DNA of 64,000 nt from Halarcobacter sp. (lineage in GTDB: Bacteria; Campylobacterota; Campylobacteria; Campylobacterales; Arcobacteraceae): assembly GCA_963676565.1 (NCBI GenBank), contig OY781089.1, positions 160,001 to 224,000 on the forward strand, read 5' to 3'. The notes beneath the pieces are model-generated. The model was not told where the DNA came from. It worked only from the letters and a program-made list of their open reading frames with translations, and did not search any database. Position numbers and translations under genes: made by a program. Below, piece by piece: positions 50,119 through 61,177 of the stretch. The stretch's first letter is position 1. Each line of letters starts with the position of its first letter.

Positions 50119-51078
50119 ATGAAATTATTTATTAGAAAAGTATTATACCTTATCATCATGTTATTTATTATTAGCCTTATTTCATTTATGGCTATTCATC
50201 TTGCACCTAATTCATTTTTTGCAAGTGGGGAATTAAATCCTAATATTACACAAGAATCAATTGAGCAATTAAAAGCTATATATGGTTTAGACAAACCTTT
50301 ATATATTCAATTCTTTTCTTGGGTAGCAGCTATAGTACAACTTGACTTTGGTATATCTTTTGCAAGTGGAGAGATGGTTAAAAATGAGATTCTTGATAGA
50401 ATTCCAATTACTTTAACTATAAATATAATTTCAATGTTTTTAATATTTGTTATATCTTTATATCTTGGGATAAAAGCAGCACTAAATAAAGATAGTAAAT
50501 TAGATAGAGGTATTGGTCAATTATCACTTTTAAGTTTTTCGATGCCATCATTTTATCTAGCACTACTTTTAGTTTTAGTATTTGCCATAAACTTTGAGAT
50601 TTTACCAATTGCTGGACTTCATTCTGTACCAGATGATGGAAGTTTAACCTATTATTTAGATTTTGCTTGGCATTTGATTTTACCAATTTTTATTATAGTA
50701 TTTGGTGGTATTGGAAGTTTAATTTTATATATTAGATCACTTACCATTGAAATATTAAAATCAGATTATATATTTTTTGCAAAATCTAGAGGCTTAGATA
50801 AAAAAAAGATTTTAAGATATTATATTTTACCAAATTTGTACCCTCCTGTTATCACCTTACTTGGACTTTCACTTCCAGGAATTATTGGCGGCTCAGTGAT
50901 TTTAGAGTCAATTTTTTCAATTGATGGGATGGGATTATTGTTTTACCAAAGTGCTTTAAGTCACGATTATCCAGTTATTATGGGGATTTTGATAATTGGG
51001 GCATTTTTAACACTGCTAGGAAATATGTTAGCAGATTTAGTTTTATTAAAATTGAACCCAAATTATGATGGGAAATAA
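50119..51078 (+). CDS. Peptide/nickel ABC transporter permease (DppB-like)
   Basis: GLDKPL, DFGISF, SDYIFFAKSRGL, GGSVILESIF. Confidence 0.9.
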   Translation: MKLFIRKVLYLIIMLFIISLISFMAIHLAPNSFFASGELNPNITQESIEQLKAIYGLDKPLYIQFFSWVAAIVQLDFGISFASGEMVKNEILDRIPITLTINIISMFLIFVISLYLGIKAALNKDSKLDRGIGQLSLLSFSMPSFYLALLLVLVFAINFEILPIAGLHSVPDDGSLTYYLDFAWHLILPIFIIVFGGIGSLILYIRSLTIEILKSDYIFFAKSRGLDKKKILRYYILPNLYPPVITLLGLSLPGIIGGSVILESIFSIDGMGLLFYQSALSHDYPVIMGILIIGAFLTLLGNMLADLVLLKLNPNYDGK

Positions 51079-51098
51079 ATTTATTTTGAGGAAAATAG

Positions 51099-51917
51099 TT
51101 GATTATAATTAAGACAGTTGAACAACTGCAAGAGATTAGAAAAAATATAAATGGCACTGTTGGTTTTGTTCCAACAATGGGAGCACTTCACAATGGCCAT
51201 ATCTCTTTAATAAAAAAAGCAAGAGAAGAAAATGAAATTGTAATAGTTTCTATTTTTGTAAACCCAACACAGTTTTTACCAGGTGAGGATTTAGATGCTT
51301 ATCCTAGACGCACCGAGGCAGATAAAAAAATTTGTGAAATGTGTAAGGTAGATTATCTTTTTATGCCTGAAATCTCTACTATGTATAGTGAAGAAGAGGT
51401 TTTAATTAAAGCTCCAAATAAAAGCTTTATATTAGAAGGGAAAAGTAGACCTGGACATTTTGATGGTGTTTTACAAGTGGTTTTAAAACTATTTGGAATA
51501 GTTCAACCAACAAATGCCTACTTTGGGAAAAAAGATGCACAACAATTAAGTTTAATACAACAAATGGTAAAAAATCTATTTTTACCAGTAAATATTATTG
51601 CATGTGATATTGTTAGAGAATCTGATGGCTTAGCACTTAGTTCTAGAAATGTTTATTTGGATGAAACCCAAAGAAAAGATGCTCTTTTAATTTCAAAATC
51701 ACTTTATAGTGCCGCTTCATTAATTGCAAAAAATGTTTTTGATGTAAATATTATCAAAGATAGAATTTATGAAGTTATGGAAAAACTTGATGTTGAATAT
51801 GTAGCAATAGTTGATAGAGAGTTTAATGAGATAAAAACTATTCAAAGGGGCAATACTATAATTCTAGTTGTTGCTAGATTTGGAAATACTAGATTATTAG
51901 ATAATATCTGGCTTTAA
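51099..51917 (+). CDS. panC: Pantoate--beta-alanine ligase
   Basis: [33 protein letters not shown]. Confidence 0.97.
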   Translation: MIIIKTVEQLQEIRKNINGTVGFVPTMGALHNGHISLIKKAREENEIVIVSIFVNPTQFLPGEDLDAYPRRTEADKKICEMCKVDYLFMPEISTMYSEEEVLIKAPNKSFILEGKSRPGHFDGVLQVVLKLFGIVQPTNAYFGKKDAQQLSLIQQMVKNLFLPVNIIACDIVRESDGLALSSRNVYLDETQRKDALLISKSLYSAASLIAKNVFDVNIIKDRIYEVMEKLDVEYVAIVDREFNEIKTIQRGNTIILVVARFGNTRLLDNIWL

Positions 51918-51942
51918 AGAAAACTCATTAAGAGTTTTCTTT
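51917..51942. terminator. Bidirectional terminator candidate
   Basis: AAGAAAACTC-ATTAA-GAGTTTTCTT between convergent genes. Confidence 0.6.
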
Positions 51943-51944
51943 AT

Positions 51945-52328
51945 TTATTGATTCTTTAGCCACGTTATAGCATCTTCTTCATTTTCAAAAAACTTAACTT
52001 CGCCACTTATAAACCAAGAAGCAATTTTTGAAATATACTCTTGCCATTTTTCATTGCCATATATTGCGATTTGTTCAAACTCACTACCATGTTTTAAACC
52101 TAATTTAAAATCATCCCAAACAGCTCTTAACTCCCAACCTTCTAATTGAGTAATATCTATCAAAGCTTTTATTTTTGCATCAGTTACCCCAACTAATGCA
52201 TTATCAATCATAGGATTGATTTTTTCATAATCTTCATGGGTTAATTTTCCTACAGCTTTTAAAAGTAAAAAAAACTCATCATCTACCCTATTTATACCTA
52301 TACTAAGGCCATGTTTATATAATTTCAT
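51945..52328 (-). CDS. SpoIIAA-like (STAS/SEC14) protein
   Basis: GKLTHEDY, GWELRAVWDD, AITWL. Confidence 0.85.
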   Translation of the reverse strand: MKLYKHGLSIGINRVDDEFFLLLKAVGKLTHEDYEKINPMIDNALVGVTDAKIKALIDITQLEGWELRAVWDDFKLGLKHGSEFEQIAIYGNEKWQEYISKIASWFISGEVKFFENEEDAITWLKNQ

Positions 52329-52449
52329 AACATCCTCCTTCTAAGTATCTTATCATCTAATTATATCCAAAGTACTAAATTTTTTATATAAACTTATACA
52401 TTAAAAAAATATGATAAAATTGCAAAAAAATTAAGGCAATATTTTATTT

Positions 52450-53802
52450 ATGAAATTTACAACAGAAAAACCAACAAAATCTTTGCATCTAGTAAGCCTA
52501 GGTTGTACTAAAAATCTAGTTGATTCAGAGATTATGTTAGGAAAATTAAAAGACTACCAGATTATAGATGATGCTTCAAATGCTGATGTTATTATTGTTA
52601 ATACTTGCGGATTTATTGATAGTGCAAAAGAGGAAAGTATCAATACAATTTTAAATCTTCATGATGAAAGAAAAGATGAGTCAGTTTTAGTAATGGCTGG
52701 TTGTCTAAGTGAAAGATATAAAGAGGAGCTTCAAAAAGAGTTACCTGAAATTGATATTTTCACAGGAGTTGGTGATTATGACAAGATTGATACATTAGTT
52801 AATGAAAAAAGAAGTGCATTTACAGATGAAGTTTTTTTATTAAATGAAGAAAATGATAGAGTTATTACTGGTTCTTCTTACCATGCTTATGTAAAACTAA
52901 GCGAAGGGTGTAACCAAACCTGTTCTTTTTGTGCAATCCCTTCATTTAAAGGAAAACTTCACTCAAGAACTTTAGAATCTTTGGTAAAAGAGGTTAAAAA
53001 CCTTGTATCAAATGGTTATAGTGATTTCTCTTTTGTATCACAAGACTCTTCATCATTTTTAAGGGATTTAGGGATTAAAGATGGTTTAGAACAACTAATT
53101 GAAGAGGTTGAAAAAATTGATGGTGTTAAAACTGCAAGAATTTTATACCTTTATCCTTCAACTACAACTTTATCTTTAATTGATAAAATTGCTGATTCTA
53201 AAAAGTTTGTAAACTATTTTGATATGCCTTTACAACATATAACTCCTTCAATGCTTAAAATCATGAAAAGAGGAAAAGGGGTTGAGCAACTAAATGAACT
53301 AATGAATCATATGAAATCAAAGCCAAACTCTTTTGTTAGAACAACTTTTATTGCAGGACACCCTGGAGAAACACAAGAAGATTTTGAACTCTTATGTAAA
53401 TATTTAGAAGAGTTTAAATTTGATAGGGCAAATGTATTTTCATACTCTGACGAAGAAGGAACATCTGCTGCAACCCTTGAAAATAAAATTCCACAAGAAC
53501 TTATTGATAGCAGAGCTGAAGCCTTAGGTGAAATTATTTCTAAAACTACCCAAGAATCTTTAGAAAATGATGTAGGAAAAGAGTTTGAAGTTTATATTGA
53601 TGGAGAGAGCCAAGAACATGAATATCTATTAAGTGCAAGAAAAACAATTTGGGCACCTGATATTGATGGTGAGATTTATATCAATGATAATGAACTTTTT
53701 GAAGAAAATGGTGAACAACAACAATTAAAATTTGGACAAAAATATACTGTAAAAGTTACAGAACTTGTTGGAGATAAATTACTAGCAACTGTAATTGCAT
53801 AA
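52450..53802 (+). CDS. rimO: Ribosomal protein S12 methylthiotransferase
   Basis: SLGCTKNLVDSE, CNQTCSFC, APDIDG. Confidence 0.96.
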   Translation: MKFTTEKPTKSLHLVSLGCTKNLVDSEIMLGKLKDYQIIDDASNADVIIVNTCGFIDSAKEESINTILNLHDERKDESVLVMAGCLSERYKEELQKELPEIDIFTGVGDYDKIDTLVNEKRSAFTDEVFLLNEENDRVITGSSYHAYVKLSEGCNQTCSFCAIPSFKGKLHSRTLESLVKEVKNLVSNGYSDFSFVSQDSSSFLRDLGIKDGLEQLIEEVEKIDGVKTARILYLYPSTTTLSLIDKIADSKKFVNYFDMPLQHITPSMLKIMKRGKGVEQLNELMNHMKSKPNSFVRTTFIAGHPGETQEDFELLCKYLEEFKFDRANVFSYSDEEGTSAATLENKIPQELIDSRAEALGEIISKTTQESLENDVGKEFEVYIDGESQEHEYLLSARKTIWAPDIDGEIYINDNELFEENGEQQQLKFGQKYTVKVTELVGDKLLATVIA

Positions 53803-53803
53803 A

Positions 53804-54778
53804 ATGAATCTTCAAATTTCAAAAATCAACACCCAAAAAAACCTACTAGCCTTTAGTGGGGGTGTTGATTCCTCAGCTTTATTTTTTCTACTTCTACAAA
53901 ACAATATTCCCTTTGACATTGCAATTGTTGATTATAATATTAGAATTCAATCTAAAGAAGAAGTTTTATATGCAAAAGAACTTGCAAAGAAATATAAAAA
54001 AGAAGTTTTTGTAAAAGAGATTACAGAAAATATCCCATCTAATTTTGAAAAAAGAGCAAGAGATTTAAGATATGCTTTTTTTGATGAAATTATTGAAAAA
54101 AACTCCTATGAAAGTTTAATTACAGCTCATCAATTAAATGATAAACTAGAATGGTTTTTAATGCAATTTTCTAAAGGGGCAGGGATAGTAGAGCTTTTAT
54201 CCTTTGAAGAGATTACTTTACGAAAAAACTATCAAATAATAAAGCCCATGCTAAATATTTCAAGGGATGAGATTCTAGTTTTTTTAGAACAAAATAGAAT
54301 AAAATACTTCATTGATGAAAGTAATGAAGATAGTAAATATAAAAGAAACTATTTTAGAAAAAACTATGCAAATAAATTTTTAGATGAATATAAAGAGGGC
54401 ATAAAAAAGAGTTTTGAATATCTTAAAAAAGATAAAGAATCACTACACAAAGAAGAACTAATTTTTCAAGAAAAAGAGCTTGAAATATTTAGAGTATCGA
54501 ATGATTTTAATATAGATATTAGAACTATTGACAAGAGTTTAAAAAGAAGAGGAATATTACTTTCTAAAGCATCAAAAGATGAGATTTCAAAACAAAAAGA
54601 GTGTGTAATTTCCCATAAAATATCTGTGGCTATAAATAAAGATTTTATTTATATTTGTCCATATACAAAAAATATAATGCCAAAAAAATTTAAAGAAAAA
54701 TGTAGAATAAAACAAATTCCTAAGAATATAAGAGCTTATATCTTTAAAGAAAATTTGCTTGAAAATTTAGTTATTTAA
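53804..54778 (+). CDS. tilS: tRNA(Ile)-lysidine synthase
   Basis: AFSGGVDS, ARDLRY, TAHQLND, DESN...KRN. Confidence 0.93.
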   Translation: MNLQISKINTQKNLLAFSGGVDSSALFFLLLQNNIPFDIAIVDYNIRIQSKEEVLYAKELAKKYKKEVFVKEITENIPSNFEKRARDLRYAFFDEIIEKNSYESLITAHQLNDKLEWFLMQFSKGAGIVELLSFEEITLRKNYQIIKPMLNISRDEILVFLEQNRIKYFIDESNEDSKYKRNYFRKNYANKFLDEYKEGIKKSFEYLKKDKESLHKEELIFQEKELEIFRVSNDFNIDIRTIDKSLKRRGILLSKASKDEISKQKECVISHKISVAINKDFIYICPYTKNIMPKKFKEKCRIKQIPKNIRAYIFKENLLENLVI

Positions 54779-55036
54779 GAACCTTTTCATCTTTCTATTT
54801 TCAACCATTGATTGCCTAAGTTCTTCTTTGTGGGTTTTTAAAAAGTTGATATTTTTATAGAAAAGTTCTGATAGTTTAAGTAAGTCATCTTGTTCTAAAT
54901 CAAAGTCAGTGATTTTTGTTTCAATTAGATATTTATTATTCCATCTAACTAGGGCTTGAGCCCTTTCTTCCGTATCTAGAGAATCAAGATAATTTAATTC
55001 CTCTAGAGCTTTTAAAGACCTGTCTCTTCTTTCCAT
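54767..55036 (-). CDS. Small helical protein downstream of fliS (FliT-like position)
   Basis: 89 aa, overlaps the fliS stop; function inferred from position only. Confidence 0.55.
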   Translation of the reverse strand: MERRDRSLKALEELNYLDSLDTEERAQALVRWNNKYLIETKITDFDLEQDDLLKLSELFYKNINFLKTHKEELRQSMVENRKMKRFLNN

Positions 55037-55368
55037 GCGTCAATCAAACCTTGAACAACTTTCATAACTTGATTGATAGAATTAACATTATCATCAATAC
55101 CTGCGCTAAATAAAGTTTCAATTTGATAAAGATATAAACCATCAAGATAATATGCTACATCCCCACCATCAAAATCTAGTACATTTCTAAGTTCATCAAA
55201 AATTGCAACAGATTTATTTATATATGTAAATTTAGACTCAATATCTCCACTTTCCATAGATGCTTTAACAAATGAAAGATACTTCAATAAACCTTCATAA
55301 AGTTTAAGTACCAATACATAAGGGTCGTCAGATACTGCATTATGTTGTTGATAGGCTTCAATTCCCAT
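55012..55368 (-). CDS. fliS: Flagellar chaperone FliS
   Basis: AYQQ...LVLKLYEG...ELRNVLDF.GGDVA..LDGLY. Confidence 0.92.
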   Translation of the reverse strand: MGIEAYQQHNAVSDDPYVLVLKLYEGLLKYLSFVKASMESGDIESKFTYINKSVAIFDELRNVLDFDGGDVAYYLDGLYLYQIETLFSAGIDDNVNSINQVMKVVQGLIDAWKEETGL

Positions 55369-55489
55369 ATATTAACTCCAATTAATTCATTTGAGGTAAA
55401 GTATATTATATCTTTACTTAAAGAAAGTTATGAAAAAAAAAGCCAATACTACGAATGAGTATTGACTTTATAATTTTTTATTATTTATA

Positions 55490-57172
55490 TCATTTTGCAG
55501 TAGATTGCTCAATCATAAGACTTAAACCAGAGAACGAAGATTCCATTTGAGTTATTATTGTTGCATAAGAAGCAAATTGCTGAGCTAATAAAGCATATTT
55601 ACTTTCTAAAGCTTTTTCAGCTTTTTCTTTTTCAGCTTCTAATGATTCTTGTCTTGCGTTAAGTCTATCTTCATAAGTATAAAGGATACCATCAAATCCA
55701 TCTAAAGCATCAATATACTCTTTAAGTTCAGACCCTAAACCCATTATAGTTTGAGATTCACCATTTTCATCTTTTCCATAAGAATCAAAAAATAGATTTT
55801 TTAAACTTTCATAATCATCTGCTATAACTTCATTTAGTCTTTCAGTATTAACTGATAATGTACCTGATTTATCAAGGTCTAATCCTAGATTAAAAACATT
55901 AAGATCACCATTTTCACCATAATTTTTGAAAATCTTATCTTTAATACTTTCCATCATAGTTCTTAATGAATCAGTATCCTTCATTGGAGAATCAGCACTA
56001 TAAAGCTCTTCATTTACCATGTCAACTAATTCATTATATTTATTTACAAAATTTTGTAAATAAGTTTCTACATATGTTGTATCCTCTTCAATAGAGATAG
56101 TTGAATAATCGTTTGGATCATTAGGATCATTTGCTTCAACAGCAGTGATTTTTAATCCTCCATCAACTGTAATTACATTTGAAGAGACATCATATTCAAC
56201 ACCATTTACAGTTGCATTAAGATTTTGAGCTTGAATAGTTTGTCCATTTTTACTTGATTCAAGACCAAAATTAAAATCATCTTGAGTAACCGAAACTTCA
56301 GCACCATCAACTCTACTAATAATAAGTTTATCATTTTCATAAGATGCATTAAATGTAGCACTAGCATCAATTTTAGTAGCTAAATCTTGATAACTTTCAG
56401 TACTTCCATCTAATGTAAAAGTTTCACCATCTATAACTATTGAACCTGCACTTGGGATATCTGTTGATGTATAACTATTTGTAGCTGTACTACTTGCTCC
56501 AAAACCAAGACTTTGTGAAGTACTTTGAGAAATTTTTAAAGCATTTGCTTCACCTGAATTTGCACTTTTTATAACAATCCTATATGAATCATCACTAACT
56601 TGTTCTAATGATGCTGTAATATTAGCATTGAAATTTATTTCTGTAACTAACTCTTTATAGTTTTTATTGGTTGTATCAAAAGTATAACTTTCAGAAAATA
56701 AACCATCATCACCTGCAATTGCAATAGTTAATTCACCACCATTTATATCATTTTCAAGATTTGCACTATTAATTAACACCGATTGATAAACATCTCTTGT
56801 TGCTAATTGATCAACTTTTACGATTGTTGAACCTGTATTAAGTGAACTTTCACTTGCTGCGTCAAAAACTACAGAAGTACCTGTTGTATTTGCTGACTTT
56901 AAATCAAAAACTGTAGTTCCCGAACTAGTAAACTGATAAAAAGGTTCAACTGCTTCTAAAAGTTCATTTGCTTTTGTTGTAATAGCAGCTAACTTTAATG
57001 CCTCACCATCACTTGTTTCACCATCTTCACTTGCAACCCTTGTAATAGCATCAAGTCTATTTTCAATAGGTTCAACAGTTGATTTTCTTTCTGCATCTTT
57101 TAATTTATCGATTAACTCTTGGTTTAGTGTTGAGGCTTGTCCACTTCCAAGTCCTAAAATACCATCAGCCAT
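55490..57172 (-). CDS. fliD: Flagellar filament cap protein
   Basis: GLGSG...LIDKLKDAE, FVNKYNEL, QQFASY C-terminus. Confidence 0.92.
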   Translation of the reverse strand: MADGILGLGSGQASTLNQELIDKLKDAERKSTVEPIENRLDAITRVASEDGETSDGEALKLAAITTKANELLEAVEPFYQFTSSGTTVFDLKSANTTGTSVVFDAASESSLNTGSTIVKVDQLATRDVYQSVLINSANLENDINGGELTIAIAGDDGLFSESYTFDTTNKNYKELVTEINFNANITASLEQVSDDSYRIVIKSANSGEANALKISQSTSQSLGFGASSTATNSYTSTDIPSAGSIVIDGETFTLDGSTESYQDLATKIDASATFNASYENDKLIISRVDGAEVSVTQDDFNFGLESSKNGQTIQAQNLNATVNGVEYDVSSNVITVDGGLKITAVEANDPNDPNDYSTISIEEDTTYVETYLQNFVNKYNELVDMVNEELYSADSPMKDTDSLRTMMESIKDKIFKNYGENGDLNVFNLGLDLDKSGTLSVNTERLNEVIADDYESLKNLFFDSYGKDENGESQTIMGLGSELKEYIDALDGFDGILYTYEDRLNARQESLEAEKEKAEKALESKYALLAQQFASYATIITQMESSFSGLSLMIEQSTAK

Positions 57173-57182
57173 AATAAACCCC

Positions 57183-59456
57183 TTATCTTCTTATACCAAG
57201 TAAAGTTTGAAGCATCTCATCAACCACAGTAATAATTTTTGCATTTGCTGTATAGGCTGCTTGAAATTGAATCAAATTTATCATTTCTTCATCACTATCA
57301 ACTTTTGTTAATTGCTCATAACTAGCTTCAAGTGATTGAACAACTGCTGTTTGTGTTTCTTTTAAGAAATCATTGTTTTCTTTATCCGATGAAATATTTA
57401 CCCTTACTTCTTGAAAAAATTCACTAAAGGATGTTTTTTCTTGAGTACTTCCATCTTGGGCAAAACCATCAAAATCAATATCATCTTTCCATTGCATTGA
57501 ACTTATATAATCTAAATCCTCTTGATCTAAATCATTCACCATCTCTTCATTAAACACTAATGTTTTAACAGTACTTCCACTAAAAAGACCTAAGTTTTCT
57601 ACTGTTTCAGTGCCATTGTAAGAATCTGTTGAAGTATGTCCATATGTATAACTTCCATTATCTTCAACAACATATTTATTATAAATATCACTTAATGTTG
57701 AAGCTAATGAATCTAATTTATCTTTATAATCTATAATTTTGTTATTTGGTGATGTAGTCGTTAAATTTTCTATTTGTGCTTTTATAATACCTGAGCTTAC
57801 ATTAACCTCACTATCATAAACTGCTAAATATACTTTATTTTCTGCATCAACACTTTGGTAATCATCTTTAAATATTGTATCATTTCCATCTGTTGCAGTT
57901 GTGATTGAAATTCTTCCTATAAAAGATCCATCTGTTCCATCTTTATTTGCTTCAACTACCAAAAATTTATCAGAAGAAGATAAATCAATTTTATTTCCAT
58001 TTTCATCAACTTGATAGTTACCATTAAATGCAGTCACTTTTTCAGAAATATAAGTGTTATGATTTATTTCATATTTAAGTGCTCTAATAAAATTGCTTTC
58101 ATCAATTTGATCTGCAACTCCATCATTATCTAAATCAACTTGATTTCCGTTTGCATCGAGAACATAGTCTCCAAAAGTTACTGAAACTTCATGGGTATTA
58201 TCAAATTTATAAGTTACAGTTGTATCAACTTCAGATAAACCTGTTCCTACAGTTCTTTGCACATTTATACTATCTCCAGCATCGGGAAAATTAACTGTAT
58301 TATCTGAACTTGCAGTAAAGGTTCCATCTCCATTATCTGTCCAGTTTGCACTTCCTGAAATAAATGTTGTTAAATCACTATCTGTATCAGTTGTTATTGT
58401 TATTGTATCTCCAGCCTTAAAGTCAAAGCTATCTCCGTTTGCTTGTGCAGTAACATCAAAAGTTAAAACACCCTCTTGGGTAATTTTAAATGGTTCATTA
58501 CCATTTATTCCTCCATCTATTAAAACTTTTCCATTAGTTTCATCATAATCAAGATCTATTGCTGACTCTCCAGTTGGAGTAAAAGTAATTCCTGAATCAA
58601 GAATCATATTATTATTAGAAGCACCCGTTAAAACCAATTCTTGGATTTCAAAAGTTCTTCCATTTGCAATACTATCAATTGCATTTCCATTTGCATCTTC
58701 AGTCGCAAATCTATCAATTTGTGTAGTGTTGTCTTCTACTAAATTCACTTCTCTAATATTTGTGTTATATCTAACAGCTATTGCTCCACCAATTTTTAAT
58801 TGATAATCACCATCGGTTCTATCAACATCTATATCAACTAAAGCAGATAATTCTTTTTCAAGCTGATCTCTTTTATCAAGTAAATCATTTGTAGAATTAT
58901 TAGATAATCCCATTTGTTGATTTAATTCACCAATATCATTTAATATTGCATTTATCTCTTGAACATTATCTTCAAGTCTATTATAAGTGATACTTTCTTG
59001 CTGTTCTATATTTTCATATAAATTTTGTAAAGAATCAACTAAATTACTACCTGTAGTTTTAAGTGTCGTTTTATAAAGTTCAGAACTAGGTGTCGTTCTT
59101 AAATTTTCAACAGCTTGAAAAAATCTGTTTAAATCGTTTGAAAAACCAGAAGTATCAGTTTCTTTAAACATTTGTTCAACATTTCCAACTATAGATGAGA
59201 TTTCATCATAATAACTATTTTTAGTATTCTCTTTCATTATGTTATTAAACATATATTCTGAAGTGATTCTATATGCACTATCTGCTCTAACACCACTTCC
59301 TGTAAATCTAGAGTCTCCTAAAGTTAATTCATTTAGTTGAACTACCCTTTTTTTGTAGCCAGGAGTGTTTTCATTAGCTATATTGTTTGATACATTTTCA
59401 ACAGCTATTTTTGCTGCACTAAGCCCAGTTTGAGCTACATTTAAAGATTTAAGCAT
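57183..59456 (-). CDS. flgK: Flagellar hook-associated protein 1
   Basis: SNNIANENTPGY; VDSDEEMINLIQFQAAYTANAK. Confidence 0.93.
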   Translation of the reverse strand: MLKSLNVAQTGLSAAKIAVENVSNNIANENTPGYKKRVVQLNELTLGDSRFTGSGVRADSAYRITSEYMFNNIMKENTKNSYYDEISSIVGNVEQMFKETDTSGFSNDLNRFFQAVENLRTTPSSELYKTTLKTTGSNLVDSLQNLYENIEQQESITYNRLEDNVQEINAILNDIGELNQQMGLSNNSTNDLLDKRDQLEKELSALVDIDVDRTDGDYQLKIGGAIAVRYNTNIREVNLVEDNTTQIDRFATEDANGNAIDSIANGRTFEIQELVLTGASNNNMILDSGITFTPTGESAIDLDYDETNGKVLIDGGINGNEPFKITQEGVLTFDVTAQANGDSFDFKAGDTITITTDTDSDLTTFISGSANWTDNGDGTFTASSDNTVNFPDAGDSINVQRTVGTGLSEVDTTVTYKFDNTHEVSVTFGDYVLDANGNQVDLDNDGVADQIDESNFIRALKYEINHNTYISEKVTAFNGNYQVDENGNKIDLSSSDKFLVVEANKDGTDGSFIGRISITTATDGNDTIFKDDYQSVDAENKVYLAVYDSEVNVSSGIIKAQIENLTTTSPNNKIIDYKDKLDSLASTLSDIYNKYVVEDNGSYTYGHTSTDSYNGTETVENLGLFSGSTVKTLVFNEEMVNDLDQEDLDYISSMQWKDDIDFDGFAQDGSTQEKTSFSEFFQEVRVNISSDKENNDFLKETQTAVVQSLEASYEQLTKVDSDEEMINLIQFQAAYTANAKIITVVDEMLQTLLGIRR

Positions 59457-59521
59457 ATTACCTCCTTGACTATTATGGGTATATTATTGCTTATTATTGC
59501 ATTACAATTCTTAAAATTAGA

Positions 59522-60220
59522 TTAAAAAGGATAGAAGAAAAACTTTAAGATTTTCCATCCAAAAGGTATATGCATAACATCTTGCTCTTCCCCCTCTTTC
59601 TCATAAAGTATTTTTAAATTGGCAACTTGAGAAGAATCTACACTATTATCAGATGAGATATCATAAGGTCTTATAACTCCAGTTATTGTGATTGATTGTT
59701 TTTGTCCATCTACTAAAATTTCTTTAAAACCTTTTACAAAATAATTACCGTTTGCATATGTTTCTTCAATTATAACAGAAACAGTTGTTGAAAATTTTTC
59801 ACTTAAACTTGTAGTTACATCACCTTTATTACTTGAAGATGAACTTGACTCATATCCTAAATTTGTAATTGGATTTATAAAATTAGCAACTTTTTCAGCA
59901 ACTCCACCAGTTGTCCCTGCTGTTGCACTTAATCCTGTACTTGAAGCATTTCTATCTGAAGTAGTTTCCCTTGAATTACTAGTATTTGAAGATAAAGACT
60001 CATTTATATTAATTTGAAGGATATCACCAATTTGTAAATCTTTTTTATCGGCAAATAAAGAGGGACCTTTTAGGGTATATAAAGATCCTTTGTTTCTTTT
60101 TACAACTGGAGCTGGCTTTGGAACTTGCATTTCTGGTTTTTTAAAGTCTATCTTTGGCTCTTGAGAAACACAACCTAAAAAAAGTAAAGATGTGAAAAAA
60201 ATTAATAAACTAGTTTTCAT
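59522..60220 (-). CDS. flgH: Flagellar L-ring protein
   Basis: Lipobox LFLGC (start 60220), LFADKK, GVIRPYDI..DNSV.S. Confidence 0.93.
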   Translation of the reverse strand: MKTSLLIFFTSLLFLGCVSQEPKIDFKKPEMQVPKPAPVVKRNKGSLYTLKGPSLFADKKDLQIGDILQININESLSSNTSNSRETTSDRNASSTGLSATAGTTGGVAEKVANFINPITNLGYESSSSSSNKGDVTTSLSEKFSTTVSVIIEETYANGNYFVKGFKEILVDGQKQSITITGVIRPYDISSDNSVDSSQVANLKILYEKEGEEQDVMHIPFGWKILKFFFYPF

Positions 60221-60638
60221 TGTATTTACTTTCAATAATATATTTTAAATCTAATGCTATTTTTATATCTTTTAAATCTTTTTTGATAAGTGCAGTTGTT
60301 CCATATCTTACTTTCAATGCATCTAGATTAGTATCAGGGTCAACAACAATAAGTGCCTTATTTGATATAAGTTTTACATCAATAACTTTTCGTTGACCTA
60401 TTAAATCAACTGCGGTTTCAATTTCACGATAAATAATTCGCTCAATTTTCCTATTTTTTTCTTCTTCTTTGTTTTTTTCAATTAATTGTAACTGCTTTTG
60501 ATTTTCTAATTCTTGCTGTTTAGCATATTCTTCACTCATGTGAAAATAGTAATATACAAACATACCTACAACAGCAAAAGCTGAGATAAGTTTGATAAGA
60601 TTGCGTTTTTTATTATTTCTTTTTACAGCTACAATCAT
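60210..60638 (-). CDS. Hypothetical single-TM protein in the flagellar operon
   Basis: N-terminal TM and coiled coil; overlaps the flgH start. Confidence 0.7.
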   Translation of the reverse strand: MIVAVKRNNKKRNLIKLISAFAVVGMFVYYYFHMSEEYAKQQELENQKQLQLIEKNKEEEKNRKIERIIYREIETAVDLIGQRKVIDVKLISNKALIVVDPDTNLDALKVRYGTTALIKKDLKDIKIALDLKYIIESKYNEN

Positions 60639-60643
60639 ATTTT

Positions 60644-61174
60644 TTATTTAATCACAAATGTTGTGAATAATATCTTCTTGATATTATTTCTTTTTATATC
60701 TTCATTATTAGCTGTAACTTCATTGATGATATTATTAATATCTTCCATTAACTCTTCTTTTAATAACTCTTTACCACCAACAGTTAACAACTCTTCTGAA
60801 CTTCTTGCACTAATTTGTGCAATTACAACATCAACAATCTCTGGCTTATACTCTTCAACAATCGCTTCTATTGTAGGTTCTGTACTTTTTAAAGAGAAAG
60901 AAAGTTTCATTAGTTTTTCTCTTCCCTTAGCATTAGTGATATTTAAAACTAAGTCATTAATTGCAGCTTTATATGTTTCATTTGAATCACCAGACTCTTC
61001 TTTTTTAACCTGTTCAGTTCCTTGTTGTTGTTGCCCTGATAATACTCCACTAGAATACAATAAATATCCTCCAGCACCAACTGCAATTAATAAAATAACA
61101 ATTAAGGCAATAAGAACTATCATTAGTCCTTTTCCACCACCAGATTTTTTTACCTCTTCGTTTTCTTCAGCCAT
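60644..61174 (-). CDS. fliL: Flagellar basal body protein FliL
   Basis: MAEE..KK.GG, TM, EELLTVGGKELLKEEL, LFTTFVIK. Confidence 0.92.
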   Translation of the reverse strand: MAEENEEVKKSGGGKGLMIVLIALIVILLIAVGAGGYLLYSSGVLSGQQQQGTEQVKKEESGDSNETYKAAINDLVLNITNAKGREKLMKLSFSLKSTEPTIEAIVEEYKPEIVDVVIAQISARSSEELLTVGGKELLKEELMEDINNIINEVTANNEDIKRNNIKKILFTTFVIK

Positions 61175-61177
61175 TAA

